The notes under the pieces: generated by a model
The model's database searches: none
Told to the model about the DNA's origin: nothing
What the model saw: the letters and a program-made list of their open reading frames with translations, nothing else
Source of the DNA: a virus
Reading direction: 5' to 3' (one strand)
Virus record (IMG/VR): IMGVR_UViG_3300046694_000291
Coordinates: 20,107 to 84,106 of that record
Length of the DNA: 64,000 nucleotides
Position numbers and translations under genes: made by a program
In this document: positions 58,277 to 64,000 of the stretch, piece by piece
Layout of the letters: each line of letters begins with the position of its first letter
Position numbering within the stretch: position 1 is the first letter of the stretch

Positions 58277-59337
58277 CGAAGATCGTCGTGTACCCGGCCG
58301 ACTCGGCCGGGTGCGGTCATTTCCGGCTCATCTGGCCCGGCCGGTACACGGGCTCGGCCGACGTGACCGTGCTCGGCCCGAAGCAGCGCGACCTCGTGCT
58401 CAAGATGGACGGCGAGCGGGTGGCCGACGTGCTGCACGTGGACCATGACGTCTACGTGTTCCAGCGGCTGACCAACAGCCGTATGGCGCAGGCGGTCGGC
58501 GTCCTGCGGAGCAAGGGCGTCGCGGTCGTGGTCGACGTGGACGACGATCTCAGCTCCATCCACCCGGGCAACCCGGCGCACGACGCCTACCACCCCCGGC
58601 GCGGGGACCCGCACCACTCCTGGGACAACCTCAAGCTGGCCTGCCGGGACGCGACACTCGTCACCGTGTCGACCCCGGCGCTGCTGGACGTCTACGCCCG
58701 GCACGGCCGGGGCCATGTGCTCTACAACTACCTGCCGGACCACTACTACGGCCTGCCCCGCACGGACAGCGACGTGATCGGCTGGCCCGCCGCTCTCCAG
58801 TCCCACCCGGACGACCCCTCGGCCGTAGGTGCCGCTGTCGCGCGCCTGAGCGACCGCCCTGGAGCCTTCCGGGTCGTGGGTGGCCCGACGGGCACCGGAG
58901 CCGCGTTCGGGCTCTCTGAGGACCCTCCAGGGCTTTCTCGGCCCGTCGGCCTGCTGGACTGGCCGGGCACGGTCGCGGAGCTGGGGATCGGGATCGCCCC
59001 GCTGGCCGACACCCGGTTCAACGCGTGCAAGAGCTGGCTCAAGCCGCTGGAGATGAGCGCGCTGGGGGTGCCGTGGGTCGCGAGCCCCCGGACCGAGTAC
59101 ACGCGCCTGTACCAGCACGGGCTCCGGCAGGGCTACGTCATGGGGGACCTGGCAGAGAACTCACGCCGCTGGTACCAGAAGCTCGACCGGCTGCGCGGGT
59201 CGGAGACCCTGCGGGCCGAGCGGTCCGAGGCGGGCCGGGCCGTGGCGGAGACGCTCCGTCTCCGCGATCACTCGTGGAGGTGGCTGGAGGCGTGGGAGCG
59301 GGCCCTGCGCCTCCAGCGCGGTCAGGCGGTGGCGTAG
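58273..59337 (+). CDS. GT-B fold glycosyltransferase
   Basis: GCGHFRL, DVDDDL, GIAPLADTRFNACKSWLKPLE..GVPWVASP. Confidence 0.82.
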   Translation: MTKIVVYPADSAGCGHFRLIWPGRYTGSADVTVLGPKQRDLVLKMDGERVADVLHVDHDVYVFQRLTNSRMAQAVGVLRSKGVAVVVDVDDDLSSIHPGNPAHDAYHPRRGDPHHSWDNLKLACRDATLVTVSTPALLDVYARHGRGHVLYNYLPDHYYGLPRTDSDVIGWPAALQSHPDDPSAVGAAVARLSDRPGAFRVVGGPTGTGAAFGLSEDPPGLSRPVGLLDWPGTVAELGIGIAPLADTRFNACKSWLKPLEMSALGVPWVASPRTEYTRLYQHGLRQGYVMGDLAENSRRWYQKLDRLRGSETLRAERSEAGRAVAETLRLRDHSWRWLEAWERALRLQRGQAVA

Positions 59338-59495
59338 GCCCGTATCACCGCGTCGACCCTCTCCTGGGACTCCATCAGGTCCCGGGCGAGGGCCGATTTC
59401 ATTTCCGGCCCGAAGGAGCTGTGTTCGATGGCGACCCACAGCCCGTCCAGGTCGTCGTGCAGTTGCTGTGCTCTGGCGAGTATGTCCCCGTTCAT
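59322..59495 (-). CDS. small hypothetical protein
   Basis: AAGGAG RBS; overlaps whiB stop. Confidence 0.55.
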   Translation of the reverse strand: MNGDILARAQQLHDDLDGLWVAIEHSSFGPEMKSALARDLMESQERVDAVIRAYATA

Positions 59496-59863
59496 CCGAC
59501 AGTCTCCTTTGACTGACGGGGGGCGGGATCCCCTGCCCACGACACGCCGCAGTGCTGGCAGATCTGGTGCCCCTCGGTTCTGATCACTGCCTTGCTCCGG
59601 CAGACCGGACACTTGGCCCGGTCGCGCCTCTTGCTGAGCTTCCTCCTCTCCTTGGTGTCGGTGCCGCCCCAGTAGCCGTGCTCGTTGTAGAGCAGGGCGT
59701 ACAGCAGGCACTCCGGCCTGACCGGGCAGAAGTTGCACCACAGGGACCTCACGATGGTGAGGTCCTTCGCCGTCTCCACCCCGGGCACGAACTCGAAGTC
59801 CGCACCGGAGCACTGGGCCGACGCCTGCCATCTCACGTCGGCCACGGACAGCGGCTCGCTCAC
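59492..59863 (-). CDS. whiB: WhiB-family transcription factor with extra C-terminal Zn ribbon
   Basis: W..AQC..CNFCPVRPEC..GYWGG..ERR; then CPVC..CQHC. Confidence 0.88.
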   Translation of the reverse strand: MSEPLSVADVRWQASAQCSGADFEFVPGVETAKDLTIVRSLWCNFCPVRPECLLYALLYNEHGYWGGTDTKERRKLSKRRDRAKCPVCRSKAVIRTEGHQICQHCGVSWAGDPAPRQSKETVG

Positions 59864-59933
59864 GGGACCCTCCTGGCACATGCCGATTTGGGTTAACTGT
59901 GCACCTGCCTGCCCCGGGAGTCACTACGACGAA

Positions 59934-59963
59934 AGGCCCGGCTCCGCAAGGGGAGCCGGGCCT
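59934..59963 (-). terminator. hairpin terminator
   Basis: AGGCCCGGCTCC...GGAGCCGGGCCT followed by TTT on minus strand. Confidence 0.7.
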
Positions 59964-59972
59964 CGGGTTCAG

Positions 59973-60629
59973 CTACGGGTGGGAGCGCTCATGCCCGTCC
60001 AGATGAACTGCGCTCGGTGTGTAGTGCATGGCGTCTCCGGAGACGCCTTCGTACGCCGACCGGCGCTCCTCCGCCATGTCCCGTTCGTAGGACGTGTCAC
60101 GCTCCACCCGGGAGTCGTACCGCACGCCCCGGTGATTGGTCCGGAACCGATCGTCGGAGTCCGGCAAGTGGCCGTCCATGCCCCCGGCGCGGAGCCTGCG
60201 CTCCTGGCCGTAGACCTCCGCATTGCCCGGCACCCGGACGATCTCACGGCCACGGCTTGGCAGGCGACGGTAGGTCCCCTGCGAACGCATCTGGTCCGCC
60301 CACGCGTCCATGCAGGCCATCTGGTGCTGACCGGTGGTCGGGCTGTAGCCGACGTCCGGCACGGTGTACCAGTACGGGTTCCGGGGCCCGTTCTGAGGCG
60401 CCTCCCTGACCCAGGCGATCGGGGTGTCGTAGCTGTAGACGACGTACACCGCCTCCCGGACCTGCCGGTGCCAACGGCGGGGCAGGAGGCCGAGCGTCAC
60501 AGCCGGGCCGCTGTGCCCACTCCATCGGCGGGTGCCGTCCGGCAGACGGCCCTCGGACAGGAACGGCTGCATGGCGTGGATACGGCCGGGGATCTCCGTG
60601 TTGCTGTAGACGGTCTTCTTCGGCCTCAT
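59973..60629 (-). CDS. hypothetical protein, SYxTPIA family paralog A
   Basis: YVVYSYDTPIAW..YSPTTGQHQ. Confidence 0.7.
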   Translation of the reverse strand: MRPKKTVYSNTEIPGRIHAMQPFLSEGRLPDGTRRWSGHSGPAVTLGLLPRRWHRQVREAVYVVYSYDTPIAWVREAPQNGPRNPYWYTVPDVGYSPTTGQHQMACMDAWADQMRSQGTYRRLPSRGREIVRVPGNAEVYGQERRLRAGGMDGHLPDSDDRFRTNHRGVRYDSRVERDTSYERDMAEERRSAYEGVSGDAMHYTPSAVHLDGHERSHP

Positions 60630-60994
60630 GCCTCAACACCTCCTCGGGTGATCACCCGGATCGCCTTGACGTCCTTCTCGTCTGGCTCGGCTCCGGCTGC
60701 CGCCTTCTCACGGAGCGCGAGGATGAGCTTCTTCTCCTTCTCGACGATCAGCAGGAGGTGATCGATGTGGTCGAACAGAGCGGTCACCGTCGGGTGGTCG
60801 CCCTCCATCGGCTCGGGGTTGGTCGCCAGCTCCGCGTGCCGGTCCAGGTGGGCCGCGTACCGGCGCTCGGCCGCCGACCACAGGCTCCGGCGGGACTCGT
60901 AGGTGTTCGGGTGCGGGTAGAGGTGCGTCCCGTCCTTGGCGTGGAACTGGTTCCGGCGCAGTTCGGGCTTCCGCTCTCCGGGGATCTCACCCAT
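60626..60994 (-). CDS. hypothetical protein
   Basis: RBS GGAGG, coupled. Confidence 0.6.
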   Translation of the reverse strand: MGEIPGERKPELRRNQFHAKDGTHLYPHPNTYESRRSLWSAAERRYAAHLDRHAELATNPEPMEGDHPTVTALFDHIDHLLLIVEKEKKLILALREKAAAGAEPDEKDVKAIRVITRGGVEA

Positions 60995-61281
60995 CAGAAC
61001 GACCTCCCGCCGCACCACTCGGACACGGCGCCCTCCAGGATCTTCTGGACAGTCGCCTCCGCCTCCTCGGTCCAGTCGTTCCAGCCCTCGTCCAGCCACT
61101 GGGCGAACGCCCGGCCCGAGGCACCGGGGAGCTGGCCCTGGTTCGGCCGCATGCCGATGGCCCACTCGTGGATCAGGCTCTCCAGGTACACGCCGAACGG
61201 CGGGTTGCTCAGCACCTTCCCGCAGGGGAGGGCCAGGAAATCCTTGAGCACCGGCCGTGTCTTGTGGCTCACAGCATCCAC
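60994..61281 (-). CDS. hypothetical protein
   Basis: Coupled ORF. Confidence 0.6.
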   Translation of the reverse strand: MDAVSHKTRPVLKDFLALPCGKVLSNPPFGVYLESLIHEWAIGMRPNQGQLPGASGRAFAQWLDEGWNDWTEEAEATVQKILEGAVSEWCGGRSF

Positions 61282-61862
61282 ACCCCTTCACGGGCGATGC
61301 GCTCGACGTCCCGCATCTCCGCCTCGCGGTCGGCCTCCGGGTCCCGGCCGGGAACCCAGTTCGGGTCCGCGTACCTCGGGTCCAGGAGACGCTGGAGCGT
61401 GGCCTGCTGCTGGTCCTCGGTCCGGCCGAGCTGGTAGCCGGGGCTGTCCGCCGGGACGGGCTGACGCCTCGGCTGCCTCTCCCGGTACGCTCGCAGGGCG
61501 CCCCCGTGCTGGGTCCGGCTCCACGGCCCTGATCCGATCGTCTCGTACTCCCCCATGCCCACCCGGGCGATGGTCTGGTGGTGGGATGTGGTCCTGCTGT
61601 GACTCTCGTCCACGTAGTACGCGGTGCGCCCACCCTCCTCGTCCTCCGAGACGAAGGCGATCGGCGTGCCGTACGACCAGACCACGTAGGTCGCACGGCT
61701 CAGCAGCTCGCGGATGCGCCGGGCCTCGGTGTGTTGCTCCAGCCAGCCGAGGATGCGCGTGGATCCGCGTGTGCCCTTCAGGCTGCCGGTGCTGTTACTG
61801 AACGGTCGGCAGGCCGCGATGGCGTACTCCGCCTCTCGCTGACCTCGGCTTCCCATTGCCAT
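61269..61862 (-). CDS. hypothetical protein, SYxTPIA family paralog B
   Basis: YVVWSYGTPIAF..HSRTTSHHQ; GAGGAG RBS. Confidence 0.7.
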   Translation of the reverse strand: MAMGSRGQREAEYAIAACRPFSNSTGSLKGTRGSTRILGWLEQHTEARRIRELLSRATYVVWSYGTPIAFVSEDEEGGRTAYYVDESHSRTTSHHQTIARVGMGEYETIGSGPWSRTQHGGALRAYRERQPRRQPVPADSPGYQLGRTEDQQQATLQRLLDPRYADPNWVPGRDPEADREAEMRDVERIAREGVWML

Positions 61863-61918
61863 GTGCTCACTCCTCGCTGAGGGCCGGGGCTTCTGTGCGC
61901 CCCGGCCGCGCTTGTGCG

Positions 61919-61991
61919 TGTCCCTGACGGGAGTCGAACCCGCATGCACCGGGGCTTGAGTCCGGCGGCTCGCCCGTTGGCCTACAGAGAC
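61919..61991 (-). tRNA. trnL: tRNA-Leu(CAA), short variable loop
   Basis: Acceptor GTCTCTG/CAGGGAC, anticodon loop CTCAAGC, T arm GCGGG-TTCGACT-CCCGT. Confidence 0.7.
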
Positions 61992-62023
61992 GGGTGGGGC
62001 CCCGAGGGGCCCCGTGGTGCGGG

Positions 62024-62221
62024 TCAGACGCGGACGTAGCCGACCAGGGCGGTGAACGCGGCCGGGGAGACCGCGAGAACCGGACGGGCGGGGGTGTCCT
62101 CGACCTTGCTGTCCGTGACGGACACGGACGTGACCTCGGCCGACTTCACCTCGACGCACGCGCCGTTGCCGGTGCTGTAGGTCGACTTGGTCCATGCGTC
62201 GTGCTGGCCCAGCTTGATCAT
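62024..62221 (-). CDS. DUF397 (BldB/Scr2-like) protein
   Basis: WTKSTYSTGNGACVEV..VTDSK..P.L.VSPAAF.ALV. Confidence 0.9.
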   Translation of the reverse strand: MIKLGQHDAWTKSTYSTGNGACVEVKSAEVTSVSVTDSKVEDTPARPVLAVSPAAFTALVGYVRV

Positions 62222-62273
62222 GAAAGGCTCCCTCGTGCTCGGTTCCGGTCCCGGCCGGTCGGCCGGTCCGTCG

Positions 62274-62344
62274 CACCCCTGGCAGGTATCGAACCCACGT
62301 CAGCCGCTTTGGAGACGGCTGCTCTGCCATTGAGCTACAGGGGC
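62274..62344 (-). tRNA. trnW: tRNA-Trp(CCA)
   Basis: GCCCCTG/CAGGGGT acceptor, GCTC D stem, loop CTCCAAA, T arm GTGGG-TTCGATA-CCTGC. Confidence 0.88.
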
Positions 62345-62421
62345 GGGTGCCGGGCCCTCCATGGGGGTGGAGGGCCCGGCGGGCCGAGGGGCGGGGGGCG
62401 GCTCCTCGGCCGGTCTGCGGA

Positions 62422-63579
62422 TCAGGCCATCAGCATGGCCGTGGCGCGCTCCTCCATGCGGAACGCGGTGTCGGCGTCGATGTCGTCGGACTGGGCGGCG
62501 GCGGTCACCGCGTGCATGATGCCACCCCGGCTCAGGTCCGCGCCCTTGATGAAGTGCGCCAGCACGTCGTCGTACAGGGCCGGGATCTCCAGCTTCCGGG
62601 TGACCTCCTTGACGGCCGCCTCAGGCTTGGCGACGGGCTCGCTCGCCTTCTCCTCCAGCTTGCGGATCACGCTCTGGAGGTAGTCCTCGGTCAGGAAGGT
62701 CCGGACCGTGTCCTCCGCCATGCGGGTGATCAGCTCGCGGTTGGCGCGGTGGGTCGCGTCGCTGTAGGTCACCAGGCCGTCGTCCAGCCGGGCCCCGAGG
62801 TGCCGCTGCACCAGCGCGCCCACGTCCTTCTTGATCGTCATACCGTTGGTGCAGACCTCGGCGACGATGCGCGGGTAGAGGAAGAACGTGCCGTCGCCGA
62901 CCTCGGAGTTGCCGAGGACGAACCCGGCGTGCACGATCGGATTGTCCGCGCCCCGGTTGCCGGTGAAGGGGCTGACATAGTCCTTGAGCAGGGTGGCCGC
63001 CTGCGCCTTCACCTCGGGCACCTCGACGGTCACGTACATGCGCCGGGCGGTCAGGTCGCACTGGGTGACGTTCTCCGCCCCGAGGCCCGCCGCACGCATG
63101 CCCTGCATGGCCGCGCGCAGGGTGTCGACGTGATCGATGATCTTGTACGCGTTGGACAGCAGCGCGCGGGCGGTGCCGACCGGCTGGCCGTCGGCGTCCT
63201 TGAACGCCCGCAGGAGGACCGACTTCGTCTGGGGCTCGCGGATGTCCGTCTTGCCGTGCAGGATCGCGTTCAGGGTGCCGTCGATGATGTCCGTCCACCC
63301 CTCGGCCCGCAGCTTGCGGATGTAGCTCGCGGTGACCGGGCCGCCGAGGCGGTCGGCGAACCCGGAGTCGAACACCTCGTTGGGGACGAACTCCTGGACC
63401 GGCTGGTCGACCCCGTGCTCCGTGAGGATCGGGGTCAGGTCCGAGCGACGGACCCGGAGGTTGCCCTTGGAGAAGCACATGTTGGTCGCCGGGAGGATCA
63501 CGTCGACCTTGCGCTCGGCCTGCTCGTCCAGCGTGGCGAGGAGGGTCTCGAAGTCCGTCTTGCGGAGGGTGTCGGTCAT
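62422..63579 (-). CDS. DUF932-like protein
   Basis: RALLSNAYKIIDH, GNSEVGDG, VCTNGM, HLG. Confidence 0.75.
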   Translation of the reverse strand: MTDTLRKTDFETLLATLDEQAERKVDVILPATNMCFSKGNLRVRRSDLTPILTEHGVDQPVQEFVPNEVFDSGFADRLGGPVTASYIRKLRAEGWTDIIDGTLNAILHGKTDIREPQTKSVLLRAFKDADGQPVGTARALLSNAYKIIDHVDTLRAAMQGMRAAGLGAENVTQCDLTARRMYVTVEVPEVKAQAATLLKDYVSPFTGNRGADNPIVHAGFVLGNSEVGDGTFFLYPRIVAEVCTNGMTIKKDVGALVQRHLGARLDDGLVTYSDATHRANRELITRMAEDTVRTFLTEDYLQSVIRKLEEKASEPVAKPEAAVKEVTRKLEIPALYDDVLAHFIKGADLSRGGIMHAVTAAAQSDDIDADTAFRMEERATAMLMA

Positions 63580-63627
63580 GATCGGTTCCTTCTTCCGTGG
63601 TCGGTCGTACTTTGACTAAATACCTCG

Positions 63628-63655
63628 GCCCCGGGAGGCCGAAACCTCCCGGGGC
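63628..63655. terminator. hairpin
   Basis: GCCCCGGGAGG...CCTCCCGGGGC. Confidence 0.55.
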
Positions 63656-63685
63656 ATGAACTTTACTGAGAGCGGCGCGAGTTGG

Positions 63686-63991
63686 CTACGACCGGTTCAG
63701 CCCGAACAGGTTCGTGAGCAGGACCAGGGCGATGGCTCCGGTCGGGACGGCGCAGCAGGCGATGGCGTCCGAGGTACCGAGGCCCTGTGCCGTCACCTCG
63801 TTGAAGATGCGGTACGCGACCCCGGCCGCGACCAGGAGCGCCACCAGCAGCCAGAAGAGCTGCCTGCCGGTCCAGGCGTGCGGGTCCCCGATCGGCCGCA
63901 GGTGCGCCGGGTCCACCCAGACCCCGTCCGACTTGTACGCGGGCTTCACCATCAGGTCCCGGCCGCCGACCTCGGCGATCTTGACTGCCAT
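63686..63991 (-). CDS. membrane protein (may extend past right edge)
   Basis: Two TM segments. Confidence 0.55.
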   Translation of the reverse strand: MAVKIAEVGGRDLMVKPAYKSDGVWVDPAHLRPIGDPHAWTGRQLFWLLVALLVAAGVAYRIFNEVTAQGLGTSDAIACCAVPTGAIALVLLTNLFGLNRS

Positions 63992-64000
63992 GCCGGTGCG

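Noticed and set aside
61919-62344. tRNAs as prophage att site / host boundary
   Set aside because: Phage-type genes continue on both sides and no integrase is visible in the window; lifestyle cannot be settled without the missing part

Overview
The window is most of the genome of a very GC-rich tailed actinophage. The host is most likely Streptomyces or a relative, judging by the WhiB, DUF397, TerD and Rpf-LysM genes. Its layout resembles mycobacteriophage cluster B. From left to right it contains: leftward early/replication genes (TerD-like, ParB/DGQxR, SSB, exonuclease, SF2 helicase) plus a rightward RuvC; a 1.45k-aa primase-helicase-PolA fusion carrying an embedded AT-rich inverted repeat; a DNA base-hypermodification cluster (ParB-like, amino-acid:DNA transferase, PLP enzyme, 5-hmU DNA kinase-like, TET/JBP dioxygenase) next to the small terminase; a secreted Rpf-NlpC/P60-LysM protein; a candidate structured ncRNA; head and tail genes; lysis genes; a glycosyltransferase; and a leftward arm with WhiB, two tRNAs, DUF397 and DUF932. 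The most notable items are (1) an apparently fully post-replicative, TET/JBP-initiated thymine hypermodification pathway, (2) a ~115-bp structured intergenic element in three copies, two of which bracket that cluster, (3) a phage-encoded secreted resuscitation-promoting factor, and (4) a promoter/terminator-bounded multi-hairpin RNA upstream of the terminase. All family calls come from motif recognition by eye; no database searches were run. No integrase, CRISPR array or reverse transcriptase was seen.
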